Assembly (NCBI RefSeq): GCF_036971445.1
Contig: NW_027211801.1
Span: 1,302,001 to 1,366,000, forward strand
DNA from: Narcine bancroftii
Lineage: Eukaryota
DNA: 64,000 bases
Direction: 5' to 3'
Both the position numbers and the translations under genes were made by a program. The notes beneath the pieces were generated by a model that saw only the letters and a program-made list of their open reading frames with translations, made no database searches and was not told where the DNA came from. Below are positions 49,801 through 63,219 of the stretch, one piece after another; within the stretch, counting starts at the first letter, position 1, and each line of letters begins with the position of its first letter.

Positions 49801-51015
49801 TTAAGCTGAGGAAGGGGCAAGTTGGACGAGGGAGGAGAGAACTGGTGGGGAAGGGAAGAGAGCCAGGGGAGGGGTAAGTGGAGAGGGTGGGGAGGAGTGT
49901 ACAGGGGGAGGGGAGAGAACCGGGATGTGGGGGGAAGAGGTTTATGGGGAGAGGGGTCAGGGACCGCTTTGAATTAGTGAATGGGTAGACATAGACATAC
50001 CTACCTGCCGAAGTCACAGAGCTTTAACACAGCCGTCTCGGGATCCACCAGCATATTCTGGGGCTTTATATCTCAAAGGCAAACCCCAAAATCATGGATG
50101 TAGGCCAGGCTCTGGAACAGCTGGGTCATGTACACCTGGCAACACAGCAATGCAGCATTTCCCACCCAGCCCAGTGCCTCCACTGGCTGGGCCTAGTCCC
50201 AGGGCTGGGGGGAGGGGATGGATCATTCTACATCCATCCTCATCACCCCCTCCACCCCTCCCCCACACCTTCCCTTCCCTCCTCATCAATACCCAGTGAG
50301 ACCCTCATTCGCCCCTCATCAAAAAGTTCCCAGTGAACTCCTGCATATCCTCCAACCCCGCCCCGCCCTCCTCTCTGAGTGCCTGCTGCCCCCAGTGGTC
50401 AACACCACATGGCCAGAATCCAAGGGCTCAGTTAGTAGAGCATTGACGGGCCGTAGTGGACCCATTGCCTCCCTCATCAACCGGCTTCTGGTGAGACTAC
50501 ACAAAGTGGGCAGCTCCAACCACCCTGGGTGGTGGGTGGGGCCGAACGTGTGGAGGCCAAATTGTTTGGATGATTTAGAGCAGCCATTGATTCGTAAGGG
50601 CACTAAATGAGGTTATGGGGAAAAATCAATTCATGATATGAATGGGGGAAACAGACTCAAGGGGCTGAGTGGCCTAATTTGGATCCCTTGTCTTGTGGTC
50701 TTAGCTGCTGCTGTTTGGAGTTGAAATTGCAAGAGTTCATAAGTTAATGGGTGTGGAGCTGTACAGTGGAGTCAGCAGGACAGCCAGCATCCAGGGGTAG
50801 GCACTGGGCGGAGGGGTAGGTCGGAGGAAACAGAGAGACTTCAGTGAGATGGATAGATTCAGGGAATGGAGAAAGAAACAGCAAATGAAATACAGTGAGT
50901 AGGGGTGGGGGGGGGGGCACGCGGGACTTATCTCGTCACCGGAGGAGTAGAAGAAGTAGAGGAGAGTGACAATGTTGGTGTGATCCAACTTCCACACGAT
51001 CTGCAGTTTGTGGTT
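46827..51015 (-). pseudogene. GSK3A: Intron-containing glycogen synthase kinase-3 (alpha-like) pseudogene fragment
   Basis: Exon 50932-51015 (84 nt): NHKLQIVWKLDHTNIVTLLYFFYSSGDE. Exon 50005-50135 (131 nt): [42 protein letters not shown]. Exon 47902-47978: FICSRYYQGQELIFGAIEYPS. Exon 46827-47014: VFK...VALCSQLLQ*TP...ELCDPSSRLPNGWELPP. VYM, GVC and LVDP favour alpha over beta. Confidence 0.88.
47735..47780. repeat. (CT)n microsatellite
   Basis: Direct reading. Confidence 0.95.
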
Positions 51016-51309
51016 CTGCAGTGAGGAAGGAACATCTGCAAGGGTGGGTGATGGGTCAACACCCAAGGGGTGACTTGTCCAGGTTGGGGGTGGACACGAG
51101 GGAGACTCGTCAGGAGGTCAGAGGTGGAGGTCAGGAAGCTGGACGGGGGTTAGGGAAATTCAACAGGAGGCCGAAGGGCGGGGGATTTGATGGGAGGCAG
51201 GGGCGGGGGGCTCGATTGGGTGGGGGGGGGGGAAAATTAATAATTTCAGTTTTCATGGTTGTTTACCCAGCTTCCATTGAACAATGAATTTGGAGACAAA
51301 CAATCTCCA

Positions 51310-51475
51310 NNNNNNNNNNNNNNNNNNNNNNNNNNNNNNNNNNNNNNNNNNNNNNNNNNNNNNNNNNNNNNNNNNNNNNNNNNNNNNNNNNNNNNNNNNN
51401 NNNNNNNNNNNNNNNNNNNNNNNNNNNNNNNNNNNNNNNNNNNNNNNNNNNNNNNNNNNNNNNNNNNNNNNNNNN
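51310..51475. other. Assembly gap (166 N)
   Basis: Run of N. Confidence 1.
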
Positions 51476-53841
51476 CCTCACACACTGCTCTGCCTCGATT
51501 CCTCCACCCCCTCTCTCCTCCCCCACCCAACACCATCACCTCTGGTTACCCCACTGCCTTCCATCCCCTCCCCCCCATCCCCCCAGCTGAACACTATATC
51601 CCCTAGCTCTGATCCAATCTCCCTTAGCCTGTGGTGCACCCCCTTCCCTTCATTCCCCCCTCTACTTTACCTCTGCTCCCACAGACCCCATCCCTGTATC
51701 CTCTCCCATGCCACTGCTCTCCCCTCCCCAGTCCACTCCAGCTGCTTCAGAAAGTGCCCTGCATTCAGGATGGGGAGAGGGGGTTAAATGTGGACTCCAT
51801 TCTCTCCACACATACTGGGTGAAGGATGATAGCAGAGGAGTCCCTGTCTCAGCATGAGAGCATGTGATTGTCTCTTTATCTCACCCATGGATGCTGGACG
51901 CTTCCAAACACAACCTCGTTAATCAGAGGGTCCCTGGGATGAGACCTCCTCCTACTTCCACACGCGGCCAAAATTCCCTTCCAGGAGAGGCATCTCCTTC
52001 TCGTGCTGCTGTGCCACGGCACGGCTCAGCTATGGCAACACAGCAGCAGGTTCCCTGTGCTCTGACATCATCACCCCCCTGTGACATCATCACCCCCTCT
52101 GTGACACCACTAGTGTCATGGGCAGGCACATCCATCCATTTAAATCTCCTCAATTTTCTCAAGGAGGAGGTGGTTGGCAGGTGGGGGGAGTAATTCAGAT
52201 TGTATAAATTATTCCAGTTATTATCCATTCTAACTCCTAGATATTTGATCCCATTTTGCAGCCACTTTAGTTGACTATTTTCTTGACATTGACTATAATC
52301 CCCCTTCCTAACTGCATGAATTTTCATTTATCCCAGTTGATCTTATACCCAGAGATATCCCCACAGTCCTCCAGACTGGAGCACAGCTCAGGCAATGAGG
52401 GTGTCGTGTCTATCAGAAAGATCAGAACATCGTTGGCAAATAAATTGATTTTTTGCTCTTGCTGGCCTGTTCTGAAATCTTTAATGTCTGGAGCCTGGCA
52501 AATGGCCATGGGTACTGGCTCCATGGTTAGTACGAACCTACTCACTCAGCTTGTCTGACACCCCTTCCCATCCTCATCATATTTTCATGAATGCAGCACC
52601 TTTACAGCACCAACGATCAGGACCGGGCTTCGAATCTAACACATTCTGTAAGGTGTTTGTACGTTCTCCCAATGTCTGTGTGGGTATTCCCAGAGATTCC
52701 TGTTTTATCCCACTGATCAAAATGATCCTGGGGCTGTAGATTAATTGGGTGTAATTGAGTGGCACGGTTTCGTGGACCATGCTGTATGCCCTCTCATTCA
52801 ATATAGATTATCAATAGATGGGTCTCAAACATAAATCACTGGGATACTGTTTTATAATGATGTAAAATGCAAGAGGGTAGCTAAATTGAAAGTTGGGCTC
52901 CGGGAAGATGAGATTTGATATTGGATAATGAGGAAATGGCTGAGGCTTTGAATGACTATGTTGTGTCGGTATTCCTAATAGAGGACATGTCGACCATGCC
53001 GAGGACATGTTATGGATGTGGTGGGAGTTGAGGACCTGGATGTATTAGCGATCACTAAAGAGTCGTACTCAGAAAACATCAGGGTCGAAAGATAGATAAA
53101 TCCCCTGGTGCTGATGAACTGCTTCACAGGGTATTGAAAGAAATGGAAGAAGTTATAGTTGAGGCCGAGATGAGAATTTACAAAAATTCTCTGGGCTCTG
53201 GGCTGATCCCAATGGATTGGAAGATGGCAAATGTCATGCCACTATTCATGAAAGGATGCAGGCAAAAGCCAGAGAACTATAGGCTGGTTAGTTTCACATC
53301 TGTAGTGGGAAAATACAAAGCTATCATTAAAGAAAAAATAGTGAGGAACTTGGAGCAAAATAGATCTATCAGGCAGATGCACCATGGATTCAGACTCGAT
53401 TGCAGAGATATTACTATATAACCATTTACAGCATGGAAACAGGCCAGTTTGGCCCAACTAGTCTGTGCTGAACATCATCTGCCACTCAGTTACACTGACC
53501 TGCATTTGACCCATAACCCTCAACACCTCTCCTGTCCATATACCTATCCAAACTTTCCTTAAATATTAACATCATTCTCGCTTCTATCACCACTGCCAGA
53601 AGTTCATTCCATACCCTCCCCCCACCCTATGCATGAAGAAATTTCCCCTTATGTTTATCTTAAACTTTTCGCCTTTTCCTCTCAATCCAGGCCCTCTTGT
53701 TTGAATCTCACCCACTCTCTGTGGGTTACACCTCTCCACATTGACTCTATCTGTCCTCCTTATCACTTTGAATACACTGATGGAATATATGGAAATGTTT
53801 TTGGGAAATAAATTAGTAAAATTAGAGTAGGTTACATACAT

Positions 53842-54449
53842 CTTCTTTCTCTTTGGCTTGGCTTCGCGGACGAAGATTTATGGAGGGGGTAAAAAGTCCA
53901 CGTCAGCTGCAGGCTCGTTTGTGGCTGACCAGTCCGATGCGGGACAGGCAGACACGATTGCAGCGGTTGCAAGGGAAAATTGGTTGGTTGGGGTTGGGTG
54001 TTGGGTTTTTCCTCCTTTGCCTTTTGTCAGTGAGGTGGGCTCTGCGGTCTTCTTCAAAGGAGGCTGCTGCCCGCCAAACTGTGAGGCGCCAAGATGCACG
54101 GTTTGAGGCGTTATCAGCCCACTGGCGGTGGTCAATGTGGCAGGCACCAAGAGATTTCTTTAGGCAGTCCTTGTACCTTTTCTTTGGTGCACCTCTGTCA
54201 CGGTGGCCAGTGGAGAGCTCGCCATATAATACGATCTTGGGAAGGCGATGGTCCTCCATTCTGGAGACGTGACCCATCCAGCGTAGCTGGATCTTCAGCA
54301 GCGTGGACTCGATGCTGTCGACCTCTGCCATATCGAGTACCTCGACGTTAGGGGTGTGAGCGCTCCAATGGATGTTGAGGATGGAGCGGAGACAACGCTG
54401 GTGGAAGCGTTCTAGGAGCCGTAGGTGGTGCCGGTAGAGGACCCATGAT
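53842..54449 (-). mobile_element. 5'-truncated RTE LINE
   Basis: ORF 53903-54472 is almost identical to the copy at 31445-32111. Confidence 0.9.
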
Positions 54450-54564
54450 ACACACACATTAAAACAGATCATATATGAAATACTGAAGAATTCATATTCA
54501 GTGACTTTTCAGAAACTATGGAGAAAGTTATGTACATTTCACAAAGAGTGCTAATTGAAATGAT

Positions 54565-54767
54565 GTCATGAAATGAATAGACTGGATTCAGTTTGTCTGT
54601 GTTAGATATTTCTGCAAGGCTTTTGACCTCACTCAAATTTCATTGAGAGGTTGTTTACCTAAAACAACAGATGGGACCAGAAGACTAACTCCTATTGATT
54701 GGTGAAGAAGTTGCGGGGGTTGGGTTGCAAGTGAGAGAGAGAAGGACATGTGGCAGGCACTTGGAAT

Positions 54768-54821
<54 letters not shown>

Positions 54822-55307
54822 CTTAGAATAAGAGCAAAATAAAGGAACTCAGTAGTAGCCTGAAAGAAAGAGGCTATCATCTGGAGAACCCTGATGGGGA
54901 AAGTTTCATCACCAGGACATTGAGGAAATGTGGAAATCCTGGAACAGTACATCTATCTTTGCAAAACTACAAAAACTTTCCTGAGCGGTAAACATTTTCC
55001 TTTCAAGTGCCAAAGCCTGGTGAACTTTATACATGTTAAATTCTGTGCAAAGAATAAGAATTGCCTGTAACCAGTGAACGTGGAAGAATGAGAAGTGAGA
55101 TTGAACCAAAGAACTTTTCTAAAATTTACACACAGATTACATACACGTGCGCTTAGAATTAGAAGGGGTTTAAGGTAAGTAGTTAATTTACAGTTTGAAA
55201 CTGTTTTCAAGTTTAAAGATTATTAAAAGCAAATTTGTTTAAGTAACTACTTGTTGTGTTTAATATCTACTGCAACTGAGATTTGGGGTCCTTTGGGGGT
55301 CATAACA
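54565..55307 (+). mobile_element. Probable solo LTR containing a (GA)n microsatellite (54769-54819)
   Basis: Ends in ...ggggtcataACA, after which L1 sequence begins sharply. Left boundary uncertain, no TSD seen. Confidence 0.45.
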
Positions 55308-58300
55308 TTACAAAAATTATCCTGGAAATATAAATGAGAAAGTTTACAACTTCTGAATTTTCTAAATTACTATGATGTGGCACAGTTTAAATTTATTAAT
55401 AGAATGTTTGATTTGGAAGATTCATTGATATGGGCAAATATTGAGTGATCTCAAATTGGTGAGAAGAGGATGGATCAGTTTCTTTTTGATGGAATTCTAC
55501 GTTATTGAGTAATTACCTATTTTGAAACATTTAATGCAACTATGGTATAAAATAAATGAAGTTCTAGGTACTCAAGGGAAAATTTCAGGTAAAAGACCTT
55601 TGTATCAAGCTAAGATTATTCCCTTTACACATAATAATCAATTTTGAAATTATGGGATCAAAAGGGTATTAAATTTGTACAAGATTATTATGAAGCAAGT
55701 TATTTTATTTCTTTCCAAAGAGAAATATAATATTCCTTCAAATAATCTTTTTGCTTGTTATCAATTTAAAGTTTTATTGTTGGATAATTTTGGACATACT
55801 TTACGGTTACCTCGATGACTGAAGTTTGAAATTTTACTTACAGAGGGAGGTAAGAAGGGATTTAGATCTGTGATGTATTCTTTATTACAGAATAAAATGT
55901 CTAAGTTGGATTTGCAAAAATCTAGGTTGAAATGGGAAAAAAATTAAGGAATGCTTATTCATCAAAATGATTGGATGAATTTAGTACGACTAAAACTATA
56001 AATGTCAGGTATCGGTTAGTTCATTATACTTTCATTCATCAATTATTTTTAACTCAGGAAAATCTGAGGGGATATAATTTAATTTTTTCAATTTTGTGTT
56101 TTAGATGTCAGAAGGAAGTAGGTTCTTTTTTTTACATTCTACTTGGTGATGGTAAACCCTCCTTGGAAAAGACTTATGGAATTTTTAGAAGTAATTTTGA
56201 AAGTGAAATTTTCATTACATCCTTTAGTATTTTGTTGGGTAACATTAACAGGTTGGGATTAGAATTAAGATTAAATATATGTAAAATTGCATTTTTGAGA
56301 TTGGCATTAGCTGTAGCCAGAAATTGTTTAGCAATTACTTGGAAAAATGAGACTGATTTGAGTATACAGAGATGGGAGATGGAATTGAGGTCTGGTATTC
56401 CGTTGGAGAAAGTAACATAGAATCTACATGATAATTATTTTTTTTATCGTAAAACTTGGGTCCTGTATTTGGATGATGTGGGTTTGAGTTTTTGAATCCC
56501 CAGCCGCCCAGTGTTGATGTTTCTCAAATTCATGGTAATTAACTGAGGAATTTTGTTATTATGGTTAATCTCCTCATTTCTCTTCCTTTCTTTATTGTGG
56601 GAGATAGGTTAGAGGGGGGTGGGGTTGGGTGGGTGGGTTAGCAGGATGGGGGATTGTAGGGGTTTAGTTTGTATTAAATATACCATGCATGTTTTTATAT
56701 TGTTTTATCTATTAATTGTATATTTTAATATATGTTTCATTGTTTTAATAAATTAAAGTTTCAAAAAAATTTTTGACATGTAGATGGATGGGAGGGGCAT
56801 AGAGGGCTATGGTCTGGGTGCAGGATAGTAGGTCTTGGGAAAATACTAGGTTGGCATTGAATAGAAAGACCAAAGGGCCAGTTTCTGTTCATTTAAGTTC
56901 TATGGTTCTACAGTTTAATTTTTTTCTACCAAAAACATATGCCCCCTCTCCAGCTTGACAACAACTTTCCCCTCACACAGTGCTCAGTACTGAACCCAGT
57001 ACTTCAGATAGGGCCTCCCCAATGTCTTACACAATAGTAATATAATCTCCCAACTTTGGGACAACAGTCTGACCACTGAAGGCCAATGTGTCCATGGCCT
57101 TATTTAACACCATATTTACTGTGGTGCTACTTCCAAGGTTCAAACTAGGTGCACTCCAGGACCCCTCTGCTGTTCATCACTTTGGCAATCAAGTACCTGT
57201 CTAAATGCCCCTTGAGTATTGCCCCTGATCCTGCCTCCATCATCTCCTCTGGCAGGTTATTCCAGGTAACAACCACACTGTGAGTGAAAATATTTACCAC
57301 TCTGAACCCAATTAAATCACTTCACTCTCATCTTGAACCTGCGTTCTTTAGTTTTAGACACCACCCCCCACAACAGAAAAGAGACTTGCTCACTTCCTTA
57401 TCAAATACTACAGCACAGAACAGGCCCTTTGTGGTACTGACCTATATATACCAACCATCCAAAAACGAAACCCTCACAACTTCATAACCCTCAATTTTTC
57501 TTTCATCCATGTGCCTGTCTAATAATATCTGAAATTATGTTCCATCTTCCACCCCCACCCCTGGGAATGCATTCCAGGCACCCACAACTCTCAGTGTAAA
57601 ATTACTTACCCCTGATGTCTCCTAAACTTTTCTCCCTACACTTTGCACAGATGTCCCCTGGTGTTTGCTATTCCTGCCCTGAGAAAAAAGGCACTGGCTG
57701 TCCACCTTATCTATGCCTGTCAGAACATTAGACCACAGAACATTAAAGCATATCAAAGGCTTTTTGGCCCTTCTCGCCTGTGCTGAGCTATTATTCTGCC
57801 TAGGCCCATTGACCTGCACTCAGTCCATAGCCCTCCATATCCATCCCATCAATGTTGCTATCCAAATTTTTTTTCAATGTTAAAATTGAGCCCTTATTCA
57901 CCAGTTCAGGTGACAGCTCGTTCCACACGCCCACCACTCACTTTGTGAAGGAGGTCCCCCTAATGTTGCCCCTCAACCAATCCCCTTGCACCCTTAACCC
58001 ATGTCCTCTGGTTTGTATGTAGCTTACCCTCAGTTGGAAAAGCTGACCTACATTTTCTATGTCTGTACCTCTCATAATTTTAAATACCTCAATCAAATCT
58101 CCCCCCATTCTCCTACGCTCCAGTGAATAAAGTCCTAACCTGTTTAACCTTTCCCTGTAACTCCATTCCTGAGGTCCAATCAACATCCTAGTAAATCTTC
58201 TCTGCACTTTTTTAATCCTGTAGTTCGTGAGCAAAACTCCAGATTTGTCCTCACTAATGTTTTGCACTAATTTACCATAACATCCCAACTAATCTACTCA

Positions 58301-58410
58301 ATAATTTCTGAAGGCCATATGTTCATGTCAGTGGAATCTTTTATTCAGAGTTGGTGTCAGAGCTGGGATCTCATCACCTAATGATACCTCCCTTCTGCTC
58401 TCTCACACAG

Positions 58411-58723
58411 GTTGCAAATCTCGGAAACCCTCGGTTCAACTGCTCCTGCCCTCCCATGATGAGACCAACTCAGGCTCAGCCACCGTGTCTTTCCTGGTGT
58501 GCGGTCTTAAGCCAGGCTTTGCGTAGCTGCGGTGGAGTGTGGATGGGGTCTAGACAGAGAACGGGGTGATGATGGGTGTCGTGTCCCCGGATGCTGACCA
58601 GACCTACAAGCAGACCAGTTACCTGAGTGTCCTTGAACAAAGGCTCCAGCTATACCTGCATCGTGAGCCACAGCTCGCTGAGCTCGCCTCATCATTATCT
58701 CATCATTATCCTGTGGGCAGTGA
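58411..58723 (+). pseudogene. Ig light chain constant-exon pseudogene
   Basis: Paralog of 19317-19642 with intact acceptor. First Cys TGC>TTC, two in-frame TAG, a net 11-nt frameshifting deletion near 58625, rearranged C-terminus. Confidence 0.93.
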
Positions 58724-61700
58724 GACCATGTTGGTCAGCAGAACATGCGGATTCTCAGCTCATGCCTTGAATTTCACAGATCAATGAAGGGCTCAAACCC
58801 AAAATGTTGATTATGTATCTTTACTTTGCTATATAAAGGACACTGTTTGACTTGCTGAGTTTCTCCAGTGTTGTGTATTTACTCCAACCATGGTGTCTGC
58901 AGACTTTCGTGTTTTGTTCCTGATTCTCTCCCCATGTTTAATGACCTCTCTGCGGTCTGTTTCTGCCTTGTGTGGTGTAATCGTGCAGAAATGTTCACTG
59001 CTGGGGACCAAACCAATGCTTGATCATCTCCAAAGTCAGATTTTCCTGCGTTTGTAACATGGAAGATACTGTAGAATTATTCTTACACATCCGTGTTTCA
59101 ACTCCTGTTGTGCGTAGAATGCGGAGAGATCCCCTGTAGATAGTGAAAATGTTATGATCAGATCTTGTGCAAAGCTGCTCTCAATAAAGAGGAGAAGAGG
59201 TGGGTTTGTGGTGGTCTGTCATTACACAACTGATCGCTGTTCATTCAGGGGATGGGCAATGAGTAAGGTGGTACTCGGAACCAAAACCCCAGAAAAATTG
59301 TCGGGATACCCCGTGGAGAACAAGTGATTATGACCTAAATTGCGGTCCACCACAGCTCCAACCTCCGCAATTTCCCTCCTCTACATTGGAAGGATTCAGC
59401 TCCGACTAGGAGATCAGTTCACTGAGCACCTTCGCTCCATCGTCACCAGCGGCAGGGATCTCCCAGTGGCCACCCACTTCAATCCAACTCCCCTCTCCCA
59501 CACCGTATTGTCCGTTTGTGGTCTCTTGCCCTTTCCAACCAAGACCACCTGTAAATGGGAGGAACAACACCTAATATTCTGCTGGGACCCTCTGTTTTTT
59601 TTTTGTATATTTTATTTATTCAACATATATAAGGTCAAAAAATAAGAATTTTATAGCAATAGTACATAATAAAACATTTCAAATGGGTGATGAAACTTTA
59701 TTTATAAAACCTAAATTACTAAAATCTAAAAACATAAAAACTACAAATTACAAAGTAAATCCCCTATGACCCCACCCTCTCCCAAACTAATCTAATCCCA
59801 AATCTAATATATAAGATATTTCATTATAAAACAATTACAAGTTATTAATTTGGATTCTGTCAGTTGACACACAAAGACCTCAAAAACATCATAAAGTTGT
59901 TAAAATTTGAGGGAAAACTTCACTGATCAAGATAGAAATGAATAAATCCATTATTTTTATTTCATTATTTTAGCATACGGACCGGAAATTTGCAAAAATA
60001 AAGAATATTTATCCCTTAATTTATCCATATGTTTTTCTAATGGAATACAGCTTTGAATCTCAGCGAGCCATCTCTCTAATGTTAATGAAATATCAGATTT
60101 CCATGTTACAATGACACATTCCTTTGCTGTTACAAAAACCAACTTAACAAGCTTTAATTGGGAATCTAACGATAATAATTTAGGAGAAACTCTCTCAAAT
60201 TTTCCCAACAAAAGTCATTCAGGATTTAAAGGAAAATTTACTCCCGTTATCAGATGTAAAAATTGACTGATAGAAACCCAAAACGGGTTGACCATTGAAC
60301 AAGACCACATAGAGTGCAGAACAGATCCAATTTCACTTCCACATTTAAAACTTGGATCCGATAAATCCAATCTCCATCTAGTCAATTTCTGAGGACTAAT
60401 ATACAATTGATTAAAAAAATTATAATGCATTAATCTATATCAAACATTAATAGTATTTGTCATAACCTCTTCACACAAATTCCACCAGATTTGTTGATCT
60501 ATTATGGTATCCATATCCCGTTCCCTTCTTCCTCTGAATTAAACAAACTTACTTTAGGTGTCTGGTCTTGTAATAATATTTATGCAAGTAAAATAAACTT
60601 TTTAATCAACTATAATTTGTTTCAAATTTGAAAGATCTTTTAAAATCTTTTCCAGTCCTAATTTCTCTCTCAAATAAACTCTCAATTGATTTTAACAATG
60701 TATTAGAAGGTGGACCATATTTAATCATTAATTTCAAGAACATTGTCTGCTCATTTAGAATAAAGGTACCTAATTTAATGAAAATATAATTTATTATAAG
60801 ATAAAACATTTTTAATCATTAATTGGTCAAAAGACATCAATCTATATCAGACTTCCAGGTAATAGCTACACACTTCCTTGAAAAAGTTGAAGTCAGTCGT
60901 ATAAATTTAATTTGATACTTAACATGTTACTTTTATATTAAACATTTTAATATTTCCTAATAAAAATAACTTTGGGTCTAACAGAAGTTTAACCTTTAAC
61001 ATCTTCTGAAAATGCTTCAATTTGTATTCATAATGACTAAACCTTAATACGCGGCCAAATTGAGTGAACAAAGAACCTATCTCTTTATGATGTCTAAAAC
61101 ATAAATCTGAAGAAATTCCATTAAATCTTTTTAATAATTGATGTGTTAAATATAATTAATGTAAAAAGTTATGTTGTACTAATCTGCATCTTACATTGAG
61201 AATTTGAGTCATATTATCTTCACATAACATTCTCCAATCATTTTAATCTATTGTTCTACCTAAATATGTTCCCCACTTTAATCTTGATCTGTGAATATCT
61301 GATTTGGACATTTTTCCATTTTTCTTTGAAGTAATTTATACATTTCTGAAATAAATGTATTATTATTCATTTTAATAAGTAAAATTTCCAACTCAGATTG
61401 TCTAGGTAATTTTAGACTTTGACCTAATTTATCAACTATCAATCTTGATAATAACAAAAAATGGTGTTTATTTGGAACATTATATTCTACTATCTTTAGT
61501 TGAAAAGAAACAAAATAACCAGCTTCAAAACAATCTTCTGTAAATAGACCCCCATTTGAATCCATATCTTTCAAAATTAATTATTAACAGTCAAAGAAAA
61601 ACATTTATTTTGATATCAAGGTGTTTTACGTTAAATCTTACCTTCCCATCAATCTCATAATTTATTTTATTCCATAATTCAATTAAATCTGTCAGAATAG

Positions 61701-62815
61701 GTGGGTCCTTATTACAAATTAATCATCTGGTGTTTCATTTATAAATAAATTTGAGGATAGGTTTTTAAAAACTATTTTAGTGAATTCTACAATTGCCCAT
61801 GATAAATATTTACAACATTCAAACTCCATTAATAAATTTCAACTGAGCAGCTTTATAATAATTTTAAAAACGTGAAAGCTGTAAACCTCAGTTCAAATTT
61901 CCAAGTTAATTTCTCTAAGGATTCCTTTACCATTTTACCTTTCCACAAAAATGTTCTCATTATTAAATTTAGAACCTTAATTTATTTGAAGTATATTGAA
62001 AAAGTTATTGAATTCTTGGGAAAATATTCATCTTGATACAATTCACTAAACCTATTAAAGTTTTAGGTAAATCATTCCATCTATTTAAATCCTCTTCAAT
62101 TTTATTAACTATTGGTCAATACTTTGATTGATGAAGGCCTGTGACATCACTTTCAGGGAATTATGCATCTCTATTCCAAATGAGCAGACAATGTTTTTTA
62201 AATTGGGAGAAAATTTAAAAGACTCAGATACAAATGGTCCTGGGAATCCTTGTGCAGGATCGTCTGAAGGTAAACCTGCAGGTTGAGACGGTGGTGAAGA
62301 AGGCAAATGCAATGCTGGCAGTCACTTCAAGAAGATTAGGATACAAATGGAGTCCTAACAGGCAGAACAAAGGGGCACATGGCCCTTTATTGTTCTGCAG
62401 GCAGCATTGAGGGGGCCAATCACTCGGGGCAGTCTGGGTCCCATTGGCTGATGTGGCAAATGGCTCCAACCCAAGTGCAGGGGCTAAGCAGGGGTCAGTC
62501 GTGGTAATTCCCCTGGGCCAATTGGGTGAAGGTCAGGGCTGAGTCCGGGCAAGCTGTCTGGATGCATCACCTGCTGATTTAGGTGGGCCAATCACAAGTG
62601 TCACCCTTTTTATGTATATTTATTAAAAATTTTAAAATATAGTATACAGACATGTTAGAATAACAGATATGCAATAATTCCCCCCCTTTCCCACCTCCCC
62701 CATACCCTACCCTACTACAAACTACCCCAAATAAAATATTTTGTAGTTAACTTCTATATGTTCATTAATTTATTCACTGCTGTGGTGGATGCCTGCTCTT
62801 TCCAAAAAATAACCC

Positions 62816-63219
62816 TCTTTCTTTGGCTTGGCTTCGCGGACGAAGATTTATGGAGGGGGTAAAAAGTCCACGTCAGCTGCAGGCTCGTTTGTGGCTGACA
62901 AGTCCGATGCGGGACAGGCAGACACGATTGCAGCGGTTGCAGGGGAAAATTGGTTGGTTGGGGTTGGGTGTTGGGTTTTTCCTCCTTTGCCTTTTGTCAG
63001 TGAGGTGGGCTCTGCGGTCTTCTTCAAAGGAGGTTGCTGCCCGCCAAACTGTGAGGCGCCAAGATGCACGGTTTGAGGCGTTATCAGCCCACTGGCGGTG
63101 GTCAATGTGGCAGGCACCAAGAGATTTCTTTAGGCAGTCCTTGTACCTTTTCTTTGTTGCACCTCTGTCACGGTGGCCAGTGGAGAGCTCGCCATATAAC
63201 ACGATCTTGGGAAGGCGAT
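62816..63219 (-). mobile_element. 5'-truncated RTE LINE
   Basis: ORF 62873-63202. Absent at the paralogous site near 13960. Confidence 0.9.

Noticed and set aside
56976-57010. CACAGTG heptamer as a possible RSS
   Set aside because: No nonamer at 12 or 23 nt spacing and no adjacent V or J; it lies in CR1-like sequence.
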